DNA of 63,909 bases, the filler included, from Rozella allomycis CSF55 (Eukaryota): NCBI GenBank assembly GCA_000442015.1. It is 8 parts of 8 records of this genome, joined end to end, with 100 filler letters (N's around TTAATTAATTAA, not from the genome) between each part and the next. Parts side by side here need not be neighbours in the genome. Positions count along the whole stretch, not along the records: positions 48,468 to 49,780 come from KE561107.1; positions 49,881 to 50,923 come from KE561108.1; positions 51,024 to 56,507 come from KE561109.1; positions 56,608 to 62,317 come from KE561116.1; 4 more parts are not named here. The stretch is one strand, 5' to 3'. A program made the position numbers and the translations under genes. Position 1 is the first letter of the stretch. The number at the start of each line of letters is the position of its first letter. Below are positions 49,697-60,914 of the stretch, piece after piece. The notes beneath the pieces were generated by a model, which ran no database searches, was not told where the DNA came from, and saw nothing but the letters and a program-made list of their open reading frames with translations.

Positions 49697-49780
49697 CCCT
49701 AACCTTTTCCGCCCTAACCCTCCAACCCTAACCTTTTCTCCCTAACCCTCCAACCCTAACCCTTTCCGCCCTAACCCTTT
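49697..49780. repeat. Degenerate telomere-like (CCCTAA) repeats; shorter copy at about 49467-49486
   Basis: ccctaaccttttccgccctaaccctccaaccctaacc... up to the scaffold end. Confidence 0.7.
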
Positions 49781-49880
49781 NNNNNNNNNNNNNNNNNNNN
49801 NNNNNNNNNNNNNNNNNNNNNNNNTTAATTAATTAANNNNNNNNNNNNNNNNNNNNNNNNNNNNNNNNNNNNNNNNNNNN

Positions 49881-50923
49881 TCCTACCTTGATTCTTCGTA
49901 AATGCTCGCCCAATGTTTCGCTGTTTAATCCTTTTGTTAAGAAATCTGCTCATTGATCCTTTGACTGAATATAATAAACTAAAACTTCTTTCGATTCAAC
50001 GTGCTTTCTAATGAAGTGATACCTGATGTCAATGTGTTTGCTTCTACTTCTCCCGCTCGTTTCTTTGGTCAATGCTATCGCTCCTTTGTTGTCTTCATAC
50101 AATTTAATTCCCCCTTCAAATGTTATCTCCAATTCGTTCATCAAACTCTTAATCCATAATGCTTCCTGCAATGCGCTTGATAACGCCATATATTCCGCTT
50201 CAACTGTTGATAATGCTACTGTTGCTTGTCTTTGACTTTTCCATGATACTAAGTTCCCATTTATCTTGAAAAGATATCCCGTCACACATCNATCCAGAAA
50301 TTATGCATCCATTGAGACTATCCAAACACAGTGATGTTACTGGCCCGTCATTATATATTACTCTATTGCACGGTATCCCATCTACAGGCTATAAACGTTA
50401 AACCCATGTTTTACCCAAATTCTAATCGTACGGTCTTCTTCCCTGGATTCGATAAGAATCTGCTCGCAAGACTTACTGCATATGCAATGTCTGGTCGTGT
50501 ACACTTTGCTAAATAAATCAAACTTCCAACTGCTTGTCTATATGGTACATCTTTCATTTCCTGATGCTCTGGACTTCCTATCACTGGACTGTCACACTTC
50601 GAATATACCTTCTTCGGCTCAACAGGAATTGTATATTCATTCGCATCTTCCATATTAAATCTTTTCAATATTCCTTCTATCGCACTCTTTTGACTCATTC
50701 TTAATTCGTTGCCATCTCTCTCAATCCCTATTCCCAAAAACCAGTTTATCTCTCCCAATAAATCTATTTTGTATTTTGTTTTAATATATTCAACAACATC
50801 TTCTACTCTTTCTTTTGTTTCTTCCGCTATCAAGATATCGTCAACGTATACTCCTAAAATGACAAGGTCTAAGCCACGTCTCACTACATAAAGTCCCCAG
50901 TCATTCTGGCATTGCTTAAATCC
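49881..50923 (-). mobile_element. Ty1/copia pol fragments (reverse transcriptase and RNase H)
   Basis: LGVYVDDILI, FLGIGI, PYRQAVGSLIYL..CTRPDIAYAV; TGYLFKINGNLVSWKSQRQATVALSTVEAEY, EDNKGAI, SKHIDIRYHFIR. Confidence 0.93.
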
Positions 50924-51023
50924 NNNNNNNNNNNNNNNNNNNNNNNNNNNNNNNNNNNNNNNNNNNNTTAATTAATTAANNNNNNNNNNNNNNNNNNNNN
51001 NNNNNNNNNNNNNNNNNNNNNNN

Positions 51024-51063
51024 TTCCAAGCGAAAGACCTGGGTTCGATTCCCAGCGAATGCA
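51024..51063 (+). tRNA. tRNA-Gly(TCC), 3' half only (5' lost in gap)
   Basis: TTCCAA-GCGAAA-GAC-CTGGG-TTCGATT-CCCAG-CGAATGCA followed by T-run. Confidence 0.75.
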
Positions 51064-51192
51064 CTTTTTATCTTTCATGCTATAATTTTTCATTATCATA
51101 TTTTGAATTCACAAACGAATATTATTTATTACGATATACGATGGAATATTTGTTACCAGAAATATGTTTTTTGAGTTGGTGGCTTGTCCCGT

Positions 51193-52803
51193 ATGAATTT
51201 TTCTCCAACCACGACGGCCGCAAAAATGTAACAAAAGGTCTTGAATATGTTATAGATTATGTTGCCAGTGTGGTGTACCTATTTATCCAAATCCTGCAAA
51301 CACTTGCATGGCTTGTTTGAGATCTAGAGTTGATATTACCGAGGGGATCCCAAAACAGCTTACTTTAGGATACTGCAAATCTTGTGAACGTTTTCACCAA
51401 CCACCTAACAGCTGGGTTCATTGTGCATTGGAATCTAAAGAATTGTTGGCGCTTTGTTTAAAAAAATTGAAAGGTTTAAATAAAGTGCGACTTGTCGATG
51501 CTGGATTTATTTGGACTGAGCCGCATTCAAGACGTATAAAAATTAAGATACAAGTGCAAAAAGAAGTATTTGCAAATACTGTGTTGCAGCAAACTTTAAT
51601 AATAGAGTATATTATGGCCGGTCAGCAGTGTGAAGATTGTGCGAGAATTGAAGCCAAGAATACATGGAAAGCAGCCCTACAGTTACGCCAAAAAGTATAG
51701 ATTGTTTTTAAATTTTAAACAGGTCAACCATAAAAAGACATTTTTGTTTTTGGAACAATTGATTTTGAAGTATAACGCTCACAAGGATACTACTAATATA
51801 AGCGAGAAAAGAGATGGTTTAGATTTCTTTTTCCAATCGAAAAATCATGCGTTAAGATTATTAGAATTCCTTCAAGGAATCGCTCCATTGAGATACAAGG
51901 CATCTGAACAATTGGTGTCATCCGATATTCATGAAGGCACTGCCAATATGAAATATACTTTCTCGGTGGAACTTGTCCCAGTTTGTAAAGATGATCTTGT
52001 CTTGTTGCCGTTAAAGGTGGCAAATGCCCTTGGAGGAATACGTCCACTAGTTCTTTGCTCAAGAGTTTCCAATCTGATTTCTTTTGTGGATCCCAACACT
52101 CTTCAAAGTAATGAAATGTTGATCATTCAATTTAGCCGCTGATCTTAATGCTTTAGCATACTGGAGAACACCCTTTACTAGTTTGTGTTCATACAAAGAT
52201 TTGATTGAATATTATGTTGTTGATATTGAACCGCATTATGGCGTGACCAAAGGGAAAGTAACATTTTATTCTTTATTTCATTCTCAGTTTATGTTGGCGG
52301 ATGTTTATGTTTGCAAAGTTAATGATATGAATACTACATATATTGCTCGTTCTCATTTGGGTAGCGTTTTAAAGGCTGGTGATCTTGTTTATGGATATGA
52401 TTTGGCTACTGCAAACTTTAACAGTGAAACATATGACCAAATGAGAACAAGTTATGATTTTCCAGATGTTGTTATTGTGAAGAAATCTTACTCTGACAAG
52501 AGAAAGAAGAATAAACAAAGAACTTGGAAACTTAAAGCTCTTAATAAAACTTCAGATGAAGATTTAGCTCCAAAGAAAAGTGAGCAAATGAAGATTGAAA
52601 TGGACTATGAGAACTTTTTGAGAGATATTGAAGAAGATGAAGAAATGAGAGCTGCAGTTGCTTTGTATAAGGATCACGAAGCGATTCAAAGAAAATTGAA
52701 TTCAATGGAAACCGAGTCGTCAAATGAGGGTGAATTGGAAATTCCACTCGAGCAACTTTTGGATGAACTTGATCTCAATGATGCCGATGTAGCTGGCAAT
52801 TAA
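51193..52803 (+). CDS. NMD3: 60S ribosomal export adaptor Nmd3
   Basis: ILCCQCGVPIYPNPANTCMACL, LESKELLALCLKKL, VRLVDAGFIWTEPHSRRIK, YTFSVELVPVCKDDLV, acidic NES tail; four short introns. Confidence 0.96.
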
Positions 52804-52891
52804 ATAAATGCATTCGTCATAAACTTAAAAATTAATTCACTTAAAATCTATAAATTTGGATCATAATGTATATTTTTATTTATATTTTGAT

Positions 52892-54091
52892 TTATGGTCT
52901 CCATATATCTCCATTTTCCGGTCTTCTGGTAGATGAAGGAGTTTTAAGTGCATTAGGCTTCACGTTTTTAATATTTTCAGCAATATAGTCTCGATCCCAT
53001 TTTCTAGCATCAACCCTCAATGATTCAGCGTTTTTTTGGCGTGGAATCTGACTGCCATTTGGAGCCCTTTTTGCATTTGCGCTTACTCTGACAATATTCT
53101 CTTGAATAAAATTTCGTTTCGGTGGAATAGAATCTTTAGCTGCCCTCTTAATAGGAACGTTGGTATTAGATTTTGGCGCGGCGGGGTCACTTTTTCGTTT
53201 TACTTCAGTTGCTTTTCTAATATTTTCAGCAATGAAGTCCCTGCCTTTTTTCTTATTCAGTAATGATTTCGAACCTTCAGATATATGTTCATTCACACTC
53301 ACTCGTGCAGAATTCTTAGCTTGAAGCTTGTTCTCCTCTATGAAGTTTCGGCCGGTTGAAGGCGCGGATTTCTTAGTTACGGAGATAGGAGCTGTATTTT
53401 CAACAATCGCATTAGTCTTTTGGCTTTCCTGAATATTTTGATTTTGAGTAGTTGTATGTTCTAGTCCAGAATTCTTATTTGCATTAGTTAACGGATGAGA
53501 TTCCGTAACAAGTGCGGGTTTGTTTTGAACAGGCTCAATGGGAGACTTTACTATTATTGGTGATTGTGTTTTTCCTATTTCATTTGAGTGTGATGAAATT
53601 GGTTGAGTCGGAGTAATGGGTTTCGATTGAACGTTAGGTTGTATTTGAGGAACGACCTTGGCGGGTTCACTTTCTAAAATGTTCAGAGAATACTTATTTT
53701 CTTGACGCAATGAGGGTAAATGCTGTTTGGCGATAGCTTCAAGATTCACACGTCCAAGAACCGACTTTTCAGGCGGATGTGAAAATGAAAATCCCCGCTG
53801 CATAGTATAATGGGACTGTGGGACCTGGATTACTTGAGTAGGCGTTCGAGAAACTTGTGATGAAATTGATGAAACAGATGGAGAGGGTGCAAATGAGTGA
53901 TGACTTGCTATCTGTTGTGAAACAGTACCGGCCATTGATCTTTGAACGACATTGCGGGTTATTTGTGCTGCTCTAGGACGTTGTTGAAGCAGTTGCCTTG
54001 TTGCCACGCGTGCTATTTGAGGTGCAATTGTAGAAACTGCTGGAAGTGCATATAATGTTGAAGCCAGAATGAGAAATGGAAAAGTCCTCAT
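52892..54091 (-). CDS. Putative secreted low-complexity protein with four R[ND][FY]IxEN repeats
   Basis: Leader MRTFPFLILASTLYALP; intronless ORF; GRNFIEENK, GRDFIAENI, KRNFIQENI, DRDYIAENI. Confidence 0.7.
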   Translation of the reverse strand: MRTFPFLILASTLYALPAVSTIAPQIARVATRQLLQQRPRAAQITRNVVQRSMAGTVSQQIASHHSFAPSPSVSSISSQVSRTPTQVIQVPQSHYTMQRGFSFSHPPEKSVLGRVNLEAIAKQHLPSLRQENKYSLNILESEPAKVVPQIQPNVQSKPITPTQPISSHSNEIGKTQSPIIVKSPIEPVQNKPALVTESHPLTNANKNSGLEHTTTQNQNIQESQKTNAIVENTAPISVTKKSAPSTGRNFIEENKLQAKNSARVSVNEHISEGSKSLLNKKKGRDFIAENIRKATEVKRKSDPAAPKSNTNVPIKRAAKDSIPPKRNFIQENIVRVSANAKRAPNGSQIPRQKNAESLRVDARKWDRDYIAENIKNVKPNALKTPSSTRRPENGDIWRP

Positions 54092-54251
54092 GAATTTGTT
54101 GCAATAGGGGTAGGTTTCTGACAATTTCAATTGAAACATCTATTTTTAGAAACTCGGCGCCATTTTGGGATTCAAGTATTTTACGTTCAATGAATTAAAC
54201 TACAAGGGTATTTTATTCACGTAACAAATCAAAAATATTTATTATAGTATA

Positions 54252-56109
54252 CTATTTTATTTTATACGATAAATAGAGTTTATCTTTTTCTTCAAACTGA
54301 TTGATAGTTGAAGTTAGCAATTCTTTCTCTTCTTTTGATAAAAACATTAGCGTAACATTCAATCGAGGAATTCTTGACAATGACATAAGAAGATTAAATG
54401 CATTTGATTCAGATTCCCTTGATAATAAGTTACACCGCCAATTACTTTTGATATTTATCCTTTATTAAAGATACAATTCTCATAAAGATCTTTTTATCCA
54501 AACTTGTTTTAAAAAAAGAGTCAAACTTATTTAGATCAATAGACTAAGATTTTAATATTTGTATTTTTGAATTACTTTAATGTATAAATAGGCCATGCTA
54601 TCATCATCTTTAACTGATTTCCAATCTCTCTCAAATTCATATGAGCTTGAAGGAGGATCTAATTTTAATGACAATTTTTCAAATTTTGTTTCAGGGATTT
54701 CTATTGAGCTTTCTCTTTGTTCTTTTTCTTCATTAGTGACTTTCAAAGGATCTGGTTCTTTTTCTTCATTAGTGACTTTCAATGTTTCTGATTCTTTTTC
54801 TTCATCATTAATATTATTATTATTGGAAGATTTATTTTCTTCTAGCTGTATTATTTTATTAACGTTGGGGTTATTTGATATGTCGTCTTGATTCTCATTA
54901 AATATCAACTTTTCATTAGGGACTTTTACAGGATTTAAGTCAATAATCTTTGATTCATTTGTTTTACTTTTATTCTTTTCAGCAATTTCTTTTTCTCTTT
55001 TCAAATTTTCCAGCTCCTCTTTTTCGTTAGTTTTTAAACCTCCAATTTCAACAATCTCTAGCCGGCGTCTTTCAGGTTTAGGCGCTTTCATTTTCTCTTT
55101 GAGTTTTTGATATTCTTCTTTTAGTGTTTTATTGGTTGGTTCTAAAATCATTGCCGTCTCAAAATCCTTCATCGATTCGTTCATTCTCCCCAATTTGCAA
55201 AGGCTAGTTGCCCTTCGCCAAAAAGCCTTCACATTTTTCTTATCAAATTCTAACGCCTTAGTACAATCTGCAATAGCATGGTCATATTGTTCAAGCTTCA
55301 TTCTTGCTAACGCTCGGTTGACGTATAGCACTGGTGATTCCATTAATTCTAGTCCTTGAGAATAATAGCCTAATGCTTTTCTGTAATCTCCTTTCTTAAA
55401 AAACTCATTTCCTTTATTCTTCATATCTTCANACGTCTTTCAGGTTTAGGTGCCTTCATTTTCTCTTTAAGCTTTTGATATTCTTCTTTTAGTGTTTTAT
55501 TGGTTGGCTCTAAAATCATTGCCGTCTCAAAATCCTTCATCGATTCACTCATTCTCCCCACTTTGCAAAGGCAAGTTGCCCTTCGCCAAAAAGCCTTCAC
55601 ATTTTTCTTATCAAATTCTAACGCCTTAGTACAATCTGCAATAGCATGGTCATATTGTTCAAGCTTCATTCTTGCTAATGCTCGGTTGACGTACAGTACT
55701 GGTGATTCCATTAATTCTATTCCTTGAGAATAATAGCCTAGTGCTTTTTTGTAATCTCCTTTCTTAAAAAACTCATTTCCTTTATTCTTCATCTCTTCAC
55801 TCATCGCCTCCACATCAACTTGTTCATTTTCTCTTTCGTCAACCTCTTCCAGCGCTTTATCAACGTCAAATTTATCCCAAGCCCTATAATCCCCACTTTT
55901 TATTCTATTCTCTTTATTTGCTTCTTTTTTTGATCGAGGGGGTACCGTGACTTTCTATCATAATTTGTTTCAAACTGACATACCTTGATATTAGTGTTTT
56001 TGAGTTTATTTTCTTTATCCTTCATTTCTTTTTCCCAGCTACCAAGATCATGAAGAAAATTCTTTGCGTCTTCAGCGTTACGTCGTATTTGGATGGGTAT
56101 TTGATCCAT
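54252..56109 (-). CDS. RPAP3: RPAP3-like R2TP co-chaperone (N-terminal helix, TPR, RPAP3_C)
   Basis: QIRRNAED..NFLHDLGSWEKEMK, DYRAWDKFDVDKALEE, TPR KNKGNEFFKKGDY...YVNRALA, C-terminal SYEFERDW...LSRIPRL...LMFLS; TPR appears twice across N at 55432. Confidence 0.88.
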
Positions 56110-56196
56110 ATACCGTGGCTAAGCGTTGGTTCATTTGAAAAAGAGAGTCCAAAATGAAAGACAGTAAAAGTTTGATCGAATATGCTTTATTTAAAA

Positions 56197-56507
56197 TTAA
56201 TTGTCTCTTTTCGCTTCTTCATTTGAAGATTCACCCGCGAGATCGGTCTCTTGTTCACGATGGAACACAATTTCGGAACTGGAATCAGACGATGTGTCTT
56301 GATATCCAAAACTTCCAAATATTAATCTTTGCTTTTTCTCTGTAATTCCATAGAACTCTTTCTCAGTAGCGTCGACAGTGTAGTTTCTTTTCATCAATTC
56401 TTCAATAAAGCTACCCAACGAAACATCATCAAGTTGCAGTTCTTCATCTGCATATTTGACTAATGAAAACCCGTAGTTTTCTCTAAATTCTTGAATTACT
56501 GGATTTT
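56197..56507 (-). CDS. 3' fragment of an unidentified gene truncated by gap
   Basis: Open frame ENYGFSLVKYADEELQLDDVSLGSFIEELMKR... running toward the scaffold edge. Confidence 0.4.
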
Positions 56508-57379
56508 NNNNNNNNNNNNNNNNNNNNNNNNNNNNNNNNNNNNNNNNNNNNTTAATTAATTAANNNNNNNNNNNNNNNNNNNNNNNNNNNNNNNNNNNNN
56601 NNNNNNNTACCATGCTGTGTACGCGATATAATACCAAATACATTAAATAATGATAAAAGAATATGTTTTTTATAGATACTCCATAAAATTCAAAGACAAT
56701 TTAATACGTCACTTGACCCGCATTTAGCATGTTTTGAGACAATATATGACATATACATAAAAACAATGGCGTAAAATAAATGTAGACATCTCCAATAATT
56801 GTAAATCACAATCCATTGAGCCTAAAAGTTGGATTTTNGAATGATAAAAGAATATATTTTTTATAGATACTCCATAAAATTGAAAGACAATTTAAAGCGT
56901 TACTTGACCCACATTTAGCATGTTTAGACAATATATGACATATACATAATACCAATAGCGTAGTATAAAATTAGCTATCTCCAATAACTGTAAATCACAA
57001 TCCATTGAGCCTAAAAGTCGGATTTTGTCAAATAAATATGNATTTTGGTTCTGTCTTTTGCGCGTCACTATAGTTACGTAAACGTACCGATATGGAAAAT
57101 GGGAACATGGACGGAGATGTCAAAACTAACCAAAATAAGACGAAATTAAACTTTTGACATATAACTAATAAAGTAAAAGTCAAATTTTATTAGAGAGAAA
57201 GGTTGATCCATTCATATATACTGTTGCATCACGCACGTCTGATACCATTGACAAACGTACAACACCCGTTATACAACAGAGTTATGACGAGAGTGTAACT
57301 GACCAATTGTTAAAGATTGAAACTAATGAGGTAATATGATTATATTTGGTAGTTAAATTTTAGGGCTATAGGAAAATTG

Positions 57380-57835
57380 ATCAAATCACAATTTTAGTAG
57401 ATAATTTTAAGAAACGTGAAAGGGAGCGCATGAAGTTGCGTCGGCATGCTAAGTCAAACGACCAGGTCTATCTCGATAAAGAACGGGTTAGGAAACGTNG
57501 AAGTTGCGTCGGCATGCTAAGTCAAACGACCAAGTCTATCTAGAAAAAGAACAGGTTAGGATACGTACTGAACGGGCAAAAAAACAGAGCAGTGAACATT
57601 TTAAGGAAACTGAAAACACCGCTTGAAATTACACAGAGAAACAAAATCGAAGGACAAGGAGTACGTAGAAAAGGAATGGTTAAGAAAACGTATTGCACGT
57701 GCAGACAAATTGAGGTCTGACGACTTTAAAGAAATAAAAAAGAATCGTGTGAACTTACGTAGAGAGACAAAGTCAAAGGACCAGGACTATGTAGTACTTG
57801 TGTTTATCACAGTCACGTACCTAGCCACAGCATAA
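57380..57835 (+). pseudogene. Degenerate Arg/Lys/Glu-rich repeat coding remnant, possibly Helitron-associated
   Basis: Repeats like ERMKLRRHAKSNDQVYLDKERVRKR / RETKSKDKEYVEKEWLRKR with frameshifts; family assignment is a guess. Confidence 0.3.
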
Positions 57836-58402
57836 TGATTTGTGCTCTTGTCTAAAAATATATGTCTCCTTATGGGTTCTAATCACGCTTTTAAAAAATA
57901 TATAAACAACCCATTTGGCCTATCTCCGTCATGTCTGAAGCAATTCAATCTTTGCCTACTCTTACGCGTGGTTTTGCACGTCTCAGTGTAAGTGGCCTTG
58001 GCGCTATAAACTCTTCCTACACCAACGGCAAGAACGGGTCCTCCCATGTCTATGAAGTCTCCTGTTTTAAGTTTGATGATTAGTTTCACCATTTGCTCCT
58101 GCCATATGACAATTAATATGAATGACTATTGAATAAATTTCTTTGCTTTTTGCTCTTAATTTATTGATGATTTTCCTTGATGTAAACTAAACTTTGTTTA
58201 ATGTTTTCGATTATTGGTAATTAACTTTTTAAGCCGCATCCACTGAATCAATGTATCAAAATACCTTAATTTTGAAATTAATTAGGAATGCCTCATCCCT
58301 CAATTAAACTACCATTAATGTGACATTAATAAATTGGCGTTGATGATTTAGGTACAAGTAGCGCATAAAAGAGTAAACATGAATTTATTGATATTCCTAT
58401 AA

Positions 58403-60796
58403 TTAATCAAGTATAATGACATCAGGTGAAGGCGAACGGGGTCTCTTTGACGTCGCTGAACTTGGCGCAACAGGGATTGGATTGTCACATTCAACAGTTA
58501 TTTTAAACACCTTTTTTAGTTTATTCGATTCTTCCTCCAAAGCCTTTATTTTAGCTCCAAGACCTTCAAAGTATTTTCTTGTTTTGGTGAATACAATATG
58601 AGCGTTTTGGCCAATTCCATTAGCATACATGATAAAAGAAGCATTCGAAAACTGGTTTTCGTATTTGAACGCGTGATTTCTTGCATGCCCAATTCCAGAA
58701 AAACCGTAGAGAGTGAAGGATGATGCAGCGCTACGCAGAAAGTTTTGGACGTTCATGTTGCCACTATAGGTTGCATATGGCATTTCCCATGATTTACCCT
58801 CGCTGAGGCGTTTGAGATTGTTGATGTGAGATGCGCAATATGAAAGTCTTTTTCTGGCCAGTGAGCACAATGCTTCCCATTTGTTTGGATCTTTTGTGGC
58901 ATCTGAATTTAAATCACGGGCATCAGCAAGTATCTTTGACAGGTTTTGAGGGGAGATATTCTTTATTATTTCAAGGAATCTGTCAAATTGGACGCTATCA
59001 ACCATGCGAAACGTGGAATGGAGAACTAACTTCAAAAGAACGTCTTGCTGGAGTAAGGTTTCTACAGTTTCATGAGACAGAAACGTAATGGCAAGAGAAC
59101 TAAACGATTTTTCACGAGCAATCAAACATCTCAAATGTAGATATTTTTGAGTTGAATCTTTCAATACGACGCTAACAATGGGAAGCATGACTTCAACACT
59201 AAAACAAACGACCAACTCGATGATGGCATCGACAACTCTAAATATTTCAGATTCATGAAATTTCAATGTTTTCACAATATCGAAAAAGAACAATCGAACC
59301 AACTCAATGTCCTTTTTCTTCGTTAGGGCTTCACAAATCTTTTCAAATAAAGACAACTCCAACGATTCCCTTTTAGACCCCAAGTTATAGAAGCGGATGG
59401 AAGGATCATTGTTCTCCTCTTTTTCCATCTTAATCAATGCTTGTAACGTTTCATGTAATCTTTCTGGATCTTTCATTAAACTCCAAGTAATGGCATATTG
59501 AGTTCCAATAAATTCAGTGAAATATTCAAATGACTGATCTTGAGGCCACGCAACTAATGCGTATCTTTCATACTTTGTACTCTTCGTAGCACTCTCATTT
59601 CCCAAGTAGCCTTCATACGTAACATTCCCTGTACCCCAAAGTTGTGAAAGAGTTGCATCGTCGGGATTAAGCATGTTGTCACTAAAGCTAACAGTTTTCC
59701 ACTTTTCGCTAATCAATCTGCCATCCATCGAACGCCAGTCTCTTACATTCTGAACTGACCGATTGCTTTCCCACTCGCAATCATCATGACAGTGACTTCC
59801 ACTGACATCATAGTAATCATTTTCAAGTGCAACTTTCACAATATGCATCACAAGCTTCTCATTCGCCTTTTTGTTAGCACTGTTCATCAATGTAAATCTA
59901 TCCCTATCAATTCCTTTCAAAGCGTCAATACCACGCTGTGTTAAAGCGCTAGCTGTGTACTCGTGGTTAAAAAACATGAAAAAATGAGTATCCAGTTTAG
60001 CGAAGAGGTCTTTAAGTTTCTCCATTGCAGATCCATCGTCTAGCTGCCTGAAATTAATCATGTCCTTAGGCCAGCAAATAGAATACACTAGCGCAAGTCG
60101 ATATCCCTTTGTCACAGCCCGCAATTGATGCTCTGAATCTGCATAATGAACCGCATAATGATGGGCATATTTACTCTTTCCGCTACTTTTTCCAAAGTCA
60201 TGCACGCTTTCTTCTTTCCCATTTCTATACACAACCAAATCACCTCCCTCGTGATTAGACGGAAACTGTATCACCATCGTTGCAAACATTCCATCCTCCT
60301 TTTCAGTGTCCCGGTGCTTCAAAAAGTGCCCACCTTCTTCATAAAGTAACATTTTATACAAAGAGCACCTCAATGGAATATCATTCAAAGCAAGCCTATC
60401 TTTAACCTTTTTCATCAAAGCATCTAGCCCAACTTTCCAATCAGGATTCGTGAAACGAACAAATTCCGGCTTAAGCTGCCAGCTTTTTCTGACAGAATCA
60501 TCAACCAAGGTCTGGAATTCTTTTCCGTACGGTGATCTTTCAGCCACTTGGATTATCTCTTTTGCTTGAAACGCTGCAAGAGGAAGTGATATTGGTCCAA
60601 CTCCATCAATTTCAAGACCCGGTAGAACTGGTAGACTGTCGGCAATATCACCAAAGGTATATTCACCTTGTTCACGAAAATTCTTGAGAATATTGTTAAT
60701 TTCAGCCAGTGTTCCCTCTTCTATTGTTACTTTTGAGGTATCCTCTAGAGTTTCCCCGCTTTTCCCTTTTCTATCTGAATTCCAAAACCTCGGCAT
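58403..60796 (-). CDS. 2-oxoglutarate/Fe(II)-dependent dioxygenase domain protein with long C-terminal extension, intronless
   Basis: LYKMLLYEEGGHFLKHRDTEK (HxD), HEGGDLVV, YADSEHQLRAVTKGYRLALVY (distal H and 2OG-binding R). Confidence 0.9.
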   Translation of the reverse strand: MPRFWNSDRKGKSGETLEDTSKVTIEEGTLAEINNILKNFREQGEYTFGDIADSLPVLPGLEIDGVGPISLPLAAFQAKEIIQVAERSPYGKEFQTLVDDSVRKSWQLKPEFVRFTNPDWKVGLDALMKKVKDRLALNDIPLRCSLYKMLLYEEGGHFLKHRDTEKEDGMFATMVIQFPSNHEGGDLVVYRNGKEESVHDFGKSSGKSKYAHHYAVHYADSEHQLRAVTKGYRLALVYSICWPKDMINFRQLDDGSAMEKLKDLFAKLDTHFFMFFNHEYTASALTQRGIDALKGIDRDRFTLMNSANKKANEKLVMHIVKVALENDYYDVSGSHCHDDCEWESNRSVQNVRDWRSMDGRLISEKWKTVSFSDNMLNPDDATLSQLWGTGNVTYEGYLGNESATKSTKYERYALVAWPQDQSFEYFTEFIGTQYAITWSLMKDPERLHETLQALIKMEKEENNDPSIRFYNLGSKRESLELSLFEKICEALTKKKDIELVRLFFFDIVKTLKFHESEIFRVVDAIIELVVCFSVEVMLPIVSVVLKDSTQKYLHLRCLIAREKSFSSLAITFLSHETVETLLQQDVLLKLVLHSTFRMVDSVQFDRFLEIIKNISPQNLSKILADARDLNSDATKDPNKWEALCSLARKRLSYCASHINNLKRLSEGKSWEMPYATYSGNMNVQNFLRSAASSFTLYGFSGIGHARNHAFKYENQFSNASFIMYANGIGQNAHIVFTKTRKYFEGLGAKIKALEEESNKLKKVFKITVECDNPIPVAPSSATSKRPRSPSPDVIILD

Positions 60797-60914
60797 GGAA
60801 AAATGGGGCGCAGCGATCTTAACGTCATCAAATTCAAAATACAATTTTCGTAAGGGTTAAAAATACAATTTTTCTTATTAATTTTTTTTCACAAAACCTT
60901 AAGGTTCACAACCC

